A DNA stretch of 64,000 nucleotides from Clostridia bacterium. GTDB lineage: Bacteria > Bacillota > Clostridia > Oscillospirales > CAG-272. Location: NCBI GenBank assembly GCA_017451585.1, contig JAFTOC010000068.1, positions 10,059 to 74,058 of the forward strand, in the 5' to 3' direction. Every line of letters starts with the position of its first letter. The first letter of the stretch is position 1. Below are positions 52,287-62,141 of this stretch, piece after piece. The notes beneath the pieces were generated by a model. That model saw only the letters and a list, made by a program, of their open reading frames with translations. It was not told the DNA's origin and did no database searches. Made by a program: the position numbers and the translations under genes.

Positions 52287-53318
52287 TTATCTTCTATCGT
52301 TGATATAATGGTGATAGCAAGCCCCTTCCATCGACACCATGCAGGCACCGAAGGGGTTCTCGGGGGTGCAGGCTTTGCCGAACAGGGGGCAATCGGCGGG
52401 TGCACATCTGCCTGCGATGACCTCGCCGCAATGACAGCCTGCGGGCACGTGATCCTCGGTAAGGGCGTCGCTGCCTGCGTCCAGATGGGCGTACTCGTCC
52501 CGCAGGCGCAGTCCGCTGTGGGGGATCGCGCCAAGCCCCCGCCAAGCGGCGGTGCAGGGCTCGAAATAGCGGTTTACCCTGTCCAGGGCCTCACGGTTTC
52601 CTTCTTCAGTGACGGCGGAGGGATAAAAATTGAACAGGCTTGCCTTCCCTGCCGAGCGTGTCAGCGCAAGGATGGCGGCAAGAAGGGAGGGCGCGGTAAA
52701 TCCCGCCACGGCAAAGGGCTTTCCAGTTTCCTCCGCCAGTTCTCTGAAGAGCGCGCTTCCCGTAACGGTTGCCACGTGTCCCGGGGTGATAAAGCCGTCG
52801 ATAGCGTGGTCGCCTGCGCAGAGCGTGCGGATCACGGCGGGCATGGTTTTGAGGGCGGTCAGAAGCTTCAGATTCTTCAGTCCCCGCGCAATGATCTGCT
52901 CCGCAAGGAGTGCGTAGATGGGCGCGGTGGTCTCAAATCCCACCGCCGCAAAGACGAAGGTGGTATCGGGATCGTTTTCTGCCAGCTCCAATGCTTTGAA
53001 TGGGGTGTAGACCATCTCCACCCGCGCGCCCTCTGTGGAGCGCAGGTCACCGTGGCTTCCCTTCACCCGCAGAAGGTCGCCGAAGCTGACCACACAGGTA
53101 CCTTCGGCGGTGGCAAGCTCGATGAGACGGTCGATATAAGCACTCACCGTTACGCAGACGGGACAGCCGGGCCCCGAAATCAGGCGGACGGTCGGCGGCA
53201 GGAGCGAGGGAATGCCGCTCTCCGAAATGGCGGCGGTATGAGTGCCGCAGACCTCCATGAGAGTGAGGGGGCGTCCGCGGTAAGCGGCGATTTCCCGCAC
53301 CAGATCAGCGGTGTTCAT
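52287..53318 (-). CDS. hypD: hydrogenase maturation protein HypD
   Basis: MEVCGTHT, GPGCPVCV and C-terminal Cys-rich CHCGEV..C..CPLFG motifs. Confidence 0.9.
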   Translation of the reverse strand: MNTADLVREIAAYRGRPLTLMEVCGTHTAAISESGIPSLLPPTVRLISGPGCPVCVTVSAYIDRLIELATAEGTCVVSFGDLLRVKGSHGDLRSTEGARVEMVYTPFKALELAENDPDTTFVFAAVGFETTAPIYALLAEQIIARGLKNLKLLTALKTMPAVIRTLCAGDHAIDGFITPGHVATVTGSALFRELAEETGKPFAVAGFTAPSLLAAILALTRSAGKASLFNFYPSAVTEEGNREALDRVNRYFEPCTAAWRGLGAIPHSGLRLRDEYAHLDAGSDALTEDHVPAGCHCGEVIAGRCAPADCPLFGKACTPENPFGACMVSMEGACYHHYINDRR

Positions 53319-53541
53319 CGGTTTGCTCCGTCATTTTTCGCAGTTCTGCGAAGATAGCGTCCATCTCCTCTGCCTCGGTGACGGACAGCTTTTGGATAAT
53401 CAGCCCTGCGTGCACCAGCACGCGGTCATCGGGTGCTACCTGCACCAGATCGGCACGGGCTTCGATTACATTGCCGTCAAAATCCACACGGGCGACGCCG
53501 TCCTTTACGGACAGCACCCGTCCGGGCATTGCTACACACAT
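53305..53541 (-). CDS. hypC: hydrogenase maturation protein HypC
   Basis: Starts MCVAMPG (essential N-terminal Cys), 78 aa. Confidence 0.9.
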   Translation of the reverse strand: MCVAMPGRVLSVKDGVARVDFDGNVIEARADLVQVAPDDRVLVHAGLIIQKLSVTEAEEMDAIFAELRKMTEQTDEHR

Positions 53542-53598
53542 AAAATCCTCCTATTGGATGCCATTTGGGGCGATTGAATTTTGGTCTCAATTGGTAGA

Positions 53599-53643
53599 CC
53601 CTCTCACCCGCTACGCGGGAGCTCTCCCGGAGGGAGAGCCTCC
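53599..53643. repeat. solo left module of the REP/MITE-like family, inverted, between hypF and hypC
   Basis: The reverse complement reads ggaggctctccctccgggagagctcccgcgtagcgggtgagaggg. Confidence 0.65.
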
Positions 53644-53664
53644 GATAGATGGGAGAGCATCACA

Positions 53665-55911
53665 TCATTCCCTTTGCGCGGCAATATACGCCTGCCCCAG
53701 CGCGATTCCCCCGTCTCCGACGGGGACTTTTTCATTTCGGTATACGGTCAGTCCCGCCGCCTCCAATCGCTCCCGACAAAGGCGCAGAAGCAGACGGTTG
53801 GCAAAGACGCCGCCCGACAGAGCAACGTCGGTGCAGTCGCAGACCTTGGCAAAGACGGTCGCCGCCTCACAGACGGCGTTGGCGACAGCTTGATGAAAGC
53901 CCAATGCCAGTGCACCGACGGGCGCGCCTTTTCGCACTCCTTCCCGCAGGGCGAGCAGGAGCAGATCGGATCGCCAAATCTCTCCCTCCAAGGGAAGCGG
54001 AAGAGGAGCGGGATCGCCCTTCCATAGGGTAGCGGTATTTTCCAAGAGGATCGCCGCGCGACCCTCGTAAGTGTTTTTCCGACAGATGCCGAGGATCGCC
54101 GAGGCGGCGTCAAACAGCCGTCCCACAGACGAGGTAGGAATACCAACGCCTGCCTTTACGGCGGCGGTAACCGTCGTTTCCTCGGGCGTCTCGGGGAGCG
54201 CTCCCGCGCCTGCCAAGTGGAAGCGGGCAAGACGGAGGGCATCCTTTGCCCCCTCGTCGCCGCGCGGCATGGGCAGGGGGAGCAGATGCGCCATGCGGCG
54301 ATACTCGCTTCCTTCGCAAAGGAGCAGTTCTCCGCCCCAAACGATGCCGTCTTCGCCGTAGCCGGTGCCGTCGAAGGCAAATCCCAGCACGCGGGAGAGA
54401 CGGTGCTCCGCCATCACCGAAGCGATATGGGCGTGGTGATGCTGTACATAAGCCACGGGCAGACCGCAGACGGTTGCCGCCCTCTCTGCCGCCGCACGGC
54501 TGAAGTAACCGGGGTGCAGGTCGCAGACCGCTCTTACGGGAGTGATCCCCAAGAGCTTCGATAAATGCGTCTGCAGATCCTCCCACACGCGGCGGATCGG
54601 CAGATCGGCAAGGTCGCCGGTGTGCTGGGAGAGATAGACCTGCCCGTCCTTCTGCAGGGCGAATACCGCCTTCAGATCGCCGCCCATAGCGACGGTAGGG
54701 GCATTTGCCGACGGGTCGATGCCGATGGGCAGGGGCGCGTAGCCTCTGGAGCGGCGCAGGAAACAGGGCTTTCCGTTTTCTACGAACAAGAGCGAGTCAT
54801 CCTGCGGCGTAACGATGGGACGGTCGTGAGTAAGGATCGCCGCGCGTCCGCCCAGCCATTCGGCAAGCGGCGCAAATTCGGTAAATATTGGTTCGCCGGA
54901 GCGATTGGCACTGGTCATCACCAGCACGCCCGCCTCGGCTATGAGCATTTGCAGAGGGGTGGAGGGGAGCATCGCACCGATCAGCAGACTCTCGCCCGAT
55001 GCCTCGGGGGGGAAAGTCGTGCCTTTCGGCTCCAGCAGTACGATGGGGCGTGCGGTGGAGGATAGGAGCGCGGCTTCGGTCTCGCTGACCTTTGCCACCG
55101 CCTCTACGGCGGCGAGATCGGCAAACAGGAGCGCGAAGGGCTTCTCTTCCCTGCCCTTGATGGCGCGGAGCGTGCGGATTGCTGCCGCATCGTCGGCAAG
55201 ACAAGCCAGATGAAAGCCGCCGTTATTCTTCACGGCAACGATCTCACCGCTCCGCAAGGCGGCAAGGGCTGCCTCTATTGCCGCGTCGTCACCCGTGACG
55301 GGAGCGGCGGCTCCTGCGGGATAGAAGCTGAGCCGAGGGCCGCAATCCTTGCAGGCGATGGTTTGGGCGTAGCTTCTGCGATCGACAGGGTCGTGGTACT
55401 CCCTCTCGCAGGCGTCGCAGAGGGGAAACTCCTTCATCGTAGTGTCAATGCGGTCGTAAGGGAGCGCAGTCTGGATGGAATAGCGAGGGCCGCAGATCGC
55501 ACAGCTCTGAAAGGGATAGCGATAGCGACGGGAGGTGGGATCGTTCAGCTCCCGTTCGCACTCCGCACACGGCGCGATGTCGGGGGAAACGACGGAGAGC
55601 AGATCGCCCACGTCGCTTTCTGCAATGGTAAAGGCGGCAGGACGCTCCGCCGGAGCGACCTCGGTCAGATCACCGATCTCGGTATTCAGATAGACCGTCC
55701 CCAAGGGAGGAGACGACAAAAGGCACCCGACGAGATCGTCCAGTGCCTCCTTTGTCCCGAAGGCGCGCACTCTGACGCCGCCGCCGATATTTTGCACGCT
55801 GCCCGTTACGCCGCGGGCAATTGCCTCCCCGCGGACGAAGGGGCGGTAGCCCACCCCTTGTACCAGCCCGCGGAGGGTCAGCGTGCGCGTGTAGTGTTTG
55901 AGTTCGTTCAT
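53665..55911 (-). CDS. hypF: carbamoyltransferase HypF
   Basis: Acylphosphatase-like N-terminus VQGVGYRPF, two CxxC-x18-CxxC zinc fingers, YrdC-like and Kae1-like domains, 748 aa. Confidence 0.9.
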   Translation of the reverse strand: MNELKHYTRTLTLRGLVQGVGYRPFVRGEAIARGVTGSVQNIGGGVRVRAFGTKEALDDLVGCLLSSPPLGTVYLNTEIGDLTEVAPAERPAAFTIAESDVGDLLSVVSPDIAPCAECERELNDPTSRRYRYPFQSCAICGPRYSIQTALPYDRIDTTMKEFPLCDACEREYHDPVDRRSYAQTIACKDCGPRLSFYPAGAAAPVTGDDAAIEAALAALRSGEIVAVKNNGGFHLACLADDAAAIRTLRAIKGREEKPFALLFADLAAVEAVAKVSETEAALLSSTARPIVLLEPKGTTFPPEASGESLLIGAMLPSTPLQMLIAEAGVLVMTSANRSGEPIFTEFAPLAEWLGGRAAILTHDRPIVTPQDDSLLFVENGKPCFLRRSRGYAPLPIGIDPSANAPTVAMGGDLKAVFALQKDGQVYLSQHTGDLADLPIRRVWEDLQTHLSKLLGITPVRAVCDLHPGYFSRAAAERAATVCGLPVAYVQHHHAHIASVMAEHRLSRVLGFAFDGTGYGEDGIVWGGELLLCEGSEYRRMAHLLPLPMPRGDEGAKDALRLARFHLAGAGALPETPEETTVTAAVKAGVGIPTSSVGRLFDAASAILGICRKNTYEGRAAILLENTATLWKGDPAPLPLPLEGEIWRSDLLLLALREGVRKGAPVGALALGFHQAVANAVCEAATVFAKVCDCTDVALSGGVFANRLLLRLCRERLEAAGLTVYRNEKVPVGDGGIALGQAYIAAQRE

Positions 55912-57122
55912 TTGGTATAGGTTTCAAGAAGAGGAATCTCGTCTTCGGAAAGACTCTTCTTCGGACAAGCCGCAATGCAATTGCCGCAGAGAACGCAATC
56001 CTCCCGCTTGATCGACCAAGTCTTTGCCGCACGGTCTACCGCAATGGCGGCGGTGGGGCATTTCTTGGCGCACAGTCCGCAAAGCACGCAGGTGTCCATG
56101 TTGATGGCGATGCCGTTTCCGACGGGTGTGTCGGGAGCGGTCGTCTCAGTGGATGCGCTCGGTTCGGGCGCAGTCGGCGCGGGGGCAGGCTCAGCTTTGG
56201 GCTCTGCCGTCTTAGTGTAGACCTGAACGCCGCTGGTATCAATGCCCTCGGTAGTCTTCGACAAGCTATGCTTGTGGCAAACGTCCAGGCAGTTTCCGCA
56301 AACTACGCAGGACTGGCGATTGATCGCCCAGGTTCCCGCCTTGCGATCCACCGCGATGGCGGAGGTGGGACAGCGGCGGACGCAAAGTCCGCAGAGGATG
56401 CAGGTGGACAGATCTACCGTGATCCCTTCGGTTCCCGCAGGCTGTGCGGTGATCGGTGCGGCGGGCGCTTGGACGCTCTCGACTTGGGGCGCGGCGTTTT
56501 TGGTGTAGGTCTCCACTGTAGGATGATCCTTTTCGGGAACCAACGCCAGCGATTTCTTGGGGCAACCGTTGACACAGTTGCCGCACTGCAGGCAGGCGGT
56601 ACGGTCTACCGTCCAAGTGCCTGCGGCACGGTCTACGTTCAGCGCACCGGTAGGACAGCGGCGGGCACAAAGCCCGCAAAGCACGCAGGAGGTCATATCG
56701 ATGACCAGCACGCGGTCGGGCGCGATCGCCTTGCCGTCGGCGGGAGCGGGCGCCAGGGTGTGCACTGCGGGAATGGGGGCTTCCGCCTTGCGGAAGAGCT
56801 CGTTTCGTTTTTCGATGTCCGGAGCGGAATAAGCTCCCTCCATCGTCAGACATTTTTTGGGGCAGTTCAGCACGCAATTGCCGCACTGGACGCAGCTCAT
56901 CCGCTTGATCGTCCAGGACTTGGCGGCGCGGTCTACCGAGATTGCGTCGGCAGGACAGCGACGGTTACACAGACCGCAGAAGATGCAATCGTCAATCTTC
57001 ACTTGCACCGCACCGCGGGTGCGGGGAGCCTGCCGGGCGGGAACGGCGGGATACGCACGGGTCGCCGGCTTGGTAAACAGGTTTTTCAGCGCAAATTTGG
57101 TGAATTTGAAAATTCCGGCCAT
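55908..57122 (-). CDS. EchF-like subunit expanded to an 8x[4Fe-4S] polyferredoxin
   Basis: The N-terminus FKFTKFALKNLFTKPATRAYP resembles NuoI/HycF/EchF. Eight CxxCxxCxxxC[PH] motifs sit in four tandem modules separated by Pro/Ala-rich linkers. Confidence 0.8.
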   Translation of the reverse strand: MAGIFKFTKFALKNLFTKPATRAYPAVPARQAPRTRGAVQVKIDDCIFCGLCNRRCPADAISVDRAAKSWTIKRMSCVQCGNCVLNCPKKCLTMEGAYSAPDIEKRNELFRKAEAPIPAVHTLAPAPADGKAIAPDRVLVIDMTSCVLCGLCARRCPTGALNVDRAAGTWTVDRTACLQCGNCVNGCPKKSLALVPEKDHPTVETYTKNAAPQVESVQAPAAPITAQPAGTEGITVDLSTCILCGLCVRRCPTSAIAVDRKAGTWAINRQSCVVCGNCLDVCHKHSLSKTTEGIDTSGVQVYTKTAEPKAEPAPAPTAPEPSASTETTAPDTPVGNGIAINMDTCVLCGLCAKKCPTAAIAVDRAAKTWSIKREDCVLCGNCIAACPKKSLSEDEIPLLETYTK

Positions 57123-57155
57123 AAATTTGACATTACCTTTCTAAAATTGGGAGCC

Positions 57156-58232
57156 TTACCGCTCGGTACAGCTAATACAAGGGTCTATGGTAAGGATCAG
57201 CAGGGGCACGTCCGCAAACTGCGCACCGGGCAGGATCTTCAGCAGAGAGTAGATATTGCTGAAGGTAGGCGTACGAACGCGGAAACGCTCCAAATTACGG
57301 GTACCGTTTGCCTTCATGTAGTAGAGGGCTTCGCCGCGGGGCTGTTCCACGCGGACGGTTGCCTCGCCCTTAGGGTTGCCCTTGACGGGAATATAGATCT
57401 CACCGTCGGGGATCTTGTCCACCGCCTGACGGATGATGCGGAAGGACTGAAAGATCTCACCGATGCGGACTTCACAGCGAGCCAGCGAATCACAGCCGCT
57501 CGAGGTAATGATATCGAAATCAATGTCGCCGTAGGCGGCATATCCCAGCTTGCGGGTATCCAGCTCGATGCCGCTGGCACGCATCATGGGACCCACCGCG
57601 CCGTACAGGATGGCGTCGGTCTTGGTCAGCGCGCCCACCTCAAACAGACGAGCACGGACGGTGGAATCCTTCAGAAACACCTTGGTCAGCGAGCGAAGCT
57701 CGGATTCCATCTTATCAAACTGTGCCACGAAGCCGGCAAGCATTTCCCGATCCATATCACGGGCAACACCACCGATCAGGTTCACAGAAGAGATGAGTCT
57801 GCCGCCGGTGGAATCCTCCACCATATCGAGGATCTTTTCGCGGATACGCCAGCTTTGCATGAACAGCGCTTCGAAGCCGAAGGCGTCGGCAAGAAGTCCC
57901 AGCCACAAGAGATGGCTGTGGAGTCTCGACAGTTCGCACCAGATGGTGCGCAGATATTTGGCACGGTCGGGGATCTCTACACCGAAAATGCGCTCGGCAC
58001 CCTCGCAGTAGGACATTCCGTGCATATAACTGCAGATACCGCAGATACGCTCGACCACGTACAGATAATCGTTAAAATCCCGCTTGGAGGCAAGATCCTC
58101 CATACCACGGTGGATAAATCCGAAGGAGGGGATCGCCTCCACAACCTTCTCATCCTCCAGCACCAGATCCAGATGGATAGGCTCGGGCAAAACGGGGTGT
58201 TGGGGTCCGAAGGGGACGATCGTTCTTTTCAT
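57156..58232 (-). CDS. echE: group 4 [NiFe] hydrogenase large subunit (EchE / NuoD-like)
   Basis: N-terminal RICGICSYMH and C-terminal DPCISCTER nickel-binding Cys pairs, 358 aa. Confidence 0.9.
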   Translation of the reverse strand: MKRTIVPFGPQHPVLPEPIHLDLVLEDEKVVEAIPSFGFIHRGMEDLASKRDFNDYLYVVERICGICSYMHGMSYCEGAERIFGVEIPDRAKYLRTIWCELSRLHSHLLWLGLLADAFGFEALFMQSWRIREKILDMVEDSTGGRLISSVNLIGGVARDMDREMLAGFVAQFDKMESELRSLTKVFLKDSTVRARLFEVGALTKTDAILYGAVGPMMRASGIELDTRKLGYAAYGDIDFDIITSSGCDSLARCEVRIGEIFQSFRIIRQAVDKIPDGEIYIPVKGNPKGEATVRVEQPRGEALYYMKANGTRNLERFRVRTPTFSNIYSLLKILPGAQFADVPLLILTIDPCISCTER

Positions 58233-58247
58233 TCTGCTTCCCCTCCC

Positions 58248-58583
58248 TTACTTCATCGGATGTCCCTGCACGTGATAGAGCTTCACGCGGGGATCTTCGG
58301 GAATGCCGATGATACGAACGCCGAACAGCTCCGCCATCTCCTGCTCGTAAAGCTGGGCGGCGGGATAGATGCCGCTGATGCTCTCCACCTCGGTATCCTC
58401 GGAAATAACCATCTCCAGATTGATCAGGTGATAGCCCGATGCAATGGAGTAGATCAGTTGATAACCGTCCGAAGTGCGGTTGGCGTGGATCTGCACCAGC
58501 CGGCAGCCTTCGGCGGCGGCTTCTTTCATATATTGCTTCAGCACGGCAGGGCCGATGCTGGCAGTTTCAACTTTGTTGGGCAT
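58248..58583 (-). CDS. echD: EchD / NuoC-like hydrogenase subunit
   Basis: 111 aa from MPNKVE. The AAQLYEQEMAELFGV motif is typical of NuoC-like proteins. Confidence 0.7.
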   Translation of the reverse strand: MPNKVETASIGPAVLKQYMKEAAAEGCRLVQIHANRTSDGYQLIYSIASGYHLINLEMVISEDTEVESISGIYPAAQLYEQEMAELFGVRIIGIPEDPRVKLYHVQGHPMK

Positions 58584-59028
58584 TGCTTTCTCCTTCCGAC
58601 AGCGCGGCAGATGCGGCGGATTTCTTTTCCAGCACGTCCAGCGCCTGCACCAGCCCGTCGATGATCGACTCGGGGCGCGCGGCACAGCCGGGAACGTAAA
58701 CGTCTACGGGGATAGTGGTATCCACACCGCCTTTGATATTATAGCAGTCGCGGAACACGCCGCCGGAGCAAGCGCAGATGCCTACCGCCACCACTACCTT
58801 CGGTTCGGGCATCTGCTCGAAGATCTGACGCACTACCGACTCGTTATGATAGTTAATTCCGCCCGTGATCAGCAGAATGTCCGCATGACGGGGATCGCCG
58901 GTGTTGACAACGCCGAACCGCTCGATGTCGTAGAGCGGAGTCAGACTTGCCAGCACCTCGATGTCACAGCCGTTACAGCTACTGCCGTCGTAATGCATTA
59001 CCCACGGAGATTTTGAAAATTTAGGCAT
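58567..59028 (-). CDS. echC: hydrogenase small subunit (EchC / NuoB-like)
   Basis: SCNGCDIE...PRHADILLITG...CACSGG cluster-binding pattern. Confidence 0.9.
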   Translation of the reverse strand: MPKFSKSPWVMHYDGSSCNGCDIEVLASLTPLYDIERFGVVNTGDPRHADILLITGGINYHNESVVRQIFEQMPEPKVVVAVGICACSGGVFRDCYNIKGGVDTTIPVDVYVPGCAARPESIIDGLVQALDVLEKKSAASAALSEGESNAQQS

Positions 59029-59051
59029 ATGAGTTCATTCCTTTCGGAAAA

Positions 59052-59933
59052 TCAGAAAAGCATCCGGATGATCTCCAGCACCAGCAGATTGCCGCCGCCG
59101 CACACGGCGGTGACGATCCACGCAGAGCGGAGCATATGATTCCACTTCACGCGGGCACTGGTATTGTCGATGAGAACCTCCAGAAACCAGACCAGCAATA
59201 CCGCACCGACCGCAAGCAGACCGCTCCACCATGCCGAGCTGACGAAGAAGAGTGCCACCAGCCCCAGCAGGAAGACGTTTTCATACCAGTGCGCAAGCTC
59301 CACCATTCCCATCAGCACACCCGAAAATTCGGTGGTGACACCCTTGACCAGCTCCTGATGTGCGTGGTGCGAGGTGGACAGATCAAAGGGAGATTTGCGG
59401 AATTTGATGGTCAGAATAAAGAGCAGACCGAGAAACACGCCCGGCAATCTGACGATGGCAGGTTCGTCCGTGTAGAACACGTCCACCCCTCGGAAGGATC
59501 CGTTTGCCATATAGAACCCTACGGCAGTCAGCAGGATCATGGGCTCGTAGGAGAGCATTTGGATCAGCTCCCGCTGTGCGCCCAGCTCGGCGTAGGGAGA
59601 GTTGGTGACGGTCGCCGCCAGCACGAAAAACATACAGGCGGTGGTCAGGACGAAGAAGACCAGCAGAAGGTCAAATCCACCGAAGAAGAGCGCGCCGGTG
59701 CCTATCACCATTGCCAGGAAAGAGGCGACCATCATAAACTGATAGCGGCTGACCGCCAGCACCTGCTTTTTGAAAAGCTTCGCCAGATCGTAAAAGGGCT
59801 GCAACAGAGGGGGACCCATCCGTCCCTGCATACGCGCGGACAGCTTGCGGTCAAGCCCTGCCAGGAAGCCGCCTACCAGCGGTGCCAGCAGAACGTATGC
59901 CAACATAGAGAGTGTGCGATACAGGTATATCAT
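59052..59933 (-). CDS. echB: membrane subunit EchB / NuoH-like
   Basis: GLDRKLSARMQGRMGPPLLQPFYDLAKL motif, multiple TM helices. The start overlaps the upstream stop (TGATG). Confidence 0.85.
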   Translation of the reverse strand: MIYLYRTLSMLAYVLLAPLVGGFLAGLDRKLSARMQGRMGPPLLQPFYDLAKLFKKQVLAVSRYQFMMVASFLAMVIGTGALFFGGFDLLLVFFVLTTACMFFVLAATVTNSPYAELGAQRELIQMLSYEPMILLTAVGFYMANGSFRGVDVFYTDEPAIVRLPGVFLGLLFILTIKFRKSPFDLSTSHHAHQELVKGVTTEFSGVLMGMVELAHWYENVFLLGLVALFFVSSAWWSGLLAVGAVLLVWFLEVLIDNTSARVKWNHMLRSAWIVTAVCGGGNLLVLEIIRMLF

Positions 59934-61873
59934 CAGAACGCACCTCCATAGGTCAGGATAAAGCATACGACGATCACGATCACCGTCGCCCACGAGACGG
60001 GGACATACAGTTTTTGCTCACCGAACAGCTCGGTGAGATACCAGTTGGAAAGATACATCTTCTTGGGCTGACCGTAAGAGTCCTCGTAATGACGGTGGTC
60101 GCCCTCGTTAATGCCCGACATATACAGCGGGCTCTGCTCGACCCGTACCTTTTTCGACAGGATCCTTGCCAGCGCAGGGATCGCGAATACGGCGATCAGA
60201 AGGCAAATCATCACTACGCGGTCGGGGAGCGAGAGGAGCTGATGTGCTCCCGCAAAGCCCAGCTCGCCCAGCATAGGCGTGACGAAACCGTCCGAGAAGA
60301 AGGGGTATGCGGCACAGAGGATGAGCATCAGCAGCATATGACAGCCCAGCGACAGCCATTGAGAATTGGCGGTACGGTCGTCCTCACGGCGGGTACCCGC
60401 AGGCACCGCCAGCAGCTTGATCAGCCATTTCGTCCAATAGACCAGGGTAGTAGCGCTGCCGAAGGCAACGAGGATCACCAGCAGTACGCTGATACCGCCC
60501 GCGTTCAGGAAGGAGGTCAACGCCTCCCATTTAGCGATCAGCATACCGAAGGGGGCAAGGAACATCCCGGCGATGCCGATGATCAGCGCGGAGGCAAGCC
60601 CCGGCTGACGGCGGAACAGACCGTGCATATCCTCAATATTCCGACTGCCGATGGCGTGCTCCACGGCACCCACCGTCTGGAACAGGAGCGCTTTGGATAT
60701 AGCGTGGAAGATCAGCAGGATCACGCCTGCAAAAACCGTCTCTGCAGTGCCAACGCCGGCACAGGCAGTGATCAGACCCAGATTGGATACGGTAGACCAA
60801 GCCAGCACCCGTTTGCCATCGCTGTGGGTGATGGCGATCATGCTGGCGATAAAGAAGGTGAGACCGCCCACGATCTGCACCATGACACCGGTGATCTGTC
60901 CGCCCAAGGCGGGAGACAGACGAAGCAGAAGATACACGCCCGCTTTCACCATCGTTGCGCTATGCAACAGCGCGGAGCTGGGCGTGGGCGCCACCATGGC
61001 ACCCAAAAGCCACTTGGAAAAGGGGATCTGTGCCGACTTGATCAGCGCGGCAAAGGCAAGCAGGAATACCATGATCCCGATAGTGCCAACGGGACGCTTC
61101 AACAGCACTTGCAGATTCACGGAACGCAACGTCAACGCGCAATAAGCGATCGCCGCCGCAAACGCAGCACCGCCCAGCAGGTTCATCCAAAGAGCGCGGA
61201 AGGAATTTCCGATCGCCTTCTCATCCCCGGTATAGCCGATCAGCAGGAAGGATACGATGCTGGTGATCTCCCAGAAGAAATAGATCCAAACCAACGAGCC
61301 GGACAGCACCAGCCCGAACATTGCGCCCAGGAAAACGTAAAGCATCGCAAAAAAGAAGGGTCTGCGGTCGCGAAGCTCGGTATGATGGTGATGATAATCC
61401 TTCATATAGCCCAGGGCGTAGATACAAATGAGTCCGCCCACCACGGCGATGAGCAGGCACATCAGCAGAGAGAGCCGATCCAGATAGATCACTCCCGCGC
61501 TTTCGTGGATCTTGCCGGACAGCTCCAGCCAGCCCATCAGCCCCATCTGCGCCATCGACAGAAGCGCACCGAGGAACCGTTTATGCTTGACCGACAGCCA
61601 AATCACCACGCACATCAGGAGAAACTCCACGCCCAGCATGGCGTAGCCGATGTAGGGGACGATTGCCTCGGTGAGGAGTCCGCCATCTGCGGGAAGGCTG
61701 AGCGCGGTCTGTCCCTTCATATACCAAAGTGCGGCAAGGGTGAGGGCGATTGCCATGATCAAACCGCTGCTGCCGTAGGTCAGCACCTTCCGAACGCGGT
61801 CGGAGCGGATCAGGAATTGCGCGATCGCTATTATAAATGGGAGAAGAATCAAAAGTATGATCCAAAGTTCCAT
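59933..61873 (-). CDS. echA: membrane antiporter-like subunit EchA / NuoL-like
   Basis: 646 aa, about 16 TM helices, proton-conducting-membrane-transporter pattern (WEITSIVSFLLIGY, SALLHSATMVKAGVYLLLR). Confidence 0.85.
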   Translation of the reverse strand: MELWIILLILLPFIIAIAQFLIRSDRVRKVLTYGSSGLIMAIALTLAALWYMKGQTALSLPADGGLLTEAIVPYIGYAMLGVEFLLMCVVIWLSVKHKRFLGALLSMAQMGLMGWLELSGKIHESAGVIYLDRLSLLMCLLIAVVGGLICIYALGYMKDYHHHHTELRDRRPFFFAMLYVFLGAMFGLVLSGSLVWIYFFWEITSIVSFLLIGYTGDEKAIGNSFRALWMNLLGGAAFAAAIAYCALTLRSVNLQVLLKRPVGTIGIMVFLLAFAALIKSAQIPFSKWLLGAMVAPTPSSALLHSATMVKAGVYLLLRLSPALGGQITGVMVQIVGGLTFFIASMIAITHSDGKRVLAWSTVSNLGLITACAGVGTAETVFAGVILLIFHAISKALLFQTVGAVEHAIGSRNIEDMHGLFRRQPGLASALIIGIAGMFLAPFGMLIAKWEALTSFLNAGGISVLLVILVAFGSATTLVYWTKWLIKLLAVPAGTRREDDRTANSQWLSLGCHMLLMLILCAAYPFFSDGFVTPMLGELGFAGAHQLLSLPDRVVMICLLIAVFAIPALARILSKKVRVEQSPLYMSGINEGDHRHYEDSYGQPKKMYLSNWYLTELFGEQKLYVPVSWATVIVIVVCFILTYGGAF

Positions 61874-61967
61874 GTTCGTTGTCCTTTTTAGAGTCCTTTG
61901 ATGATTGAAGATCTTCTTTCGAAAAAAAGTGCGATCATTCGTCGAAAAAGAAGATCATACGACATCT

Positions 61968-61996
61968 ATTGTAGCACAAAACGTGCGAAAAAGCAA
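61968..61996 (-). promoter_or_regulatory. candidate promoter of the ech operon
   Basis: Minus strand TTGCTT-17 nt-TACAAT, about 95 nt upstream of the echA ATG. Confidence 0.5.
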
Positions 61997-62141
61997 GTCC
62001 TATCTTTTGGAGAGCGGCACAAAATAATCAAAAAGCGCCCCGTATTTTTGGTCGGAGTGCGGAAAAGCCGTTTTTCGGGCGGCAGGCGCTCGGGCATACG
62101 CATGATTTTGCAGATCTGCACGACGAAATTTAATTTCGCTA

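Noticed and set aside
56268-58664. 798-aa plus-strand ORF, and the 59912-61891 659-aa ORF
   Set aside because: They are antisense shadows of echF/echE/echD and echA. The minus-strand products carry unmistakable hydrogenase motifs.
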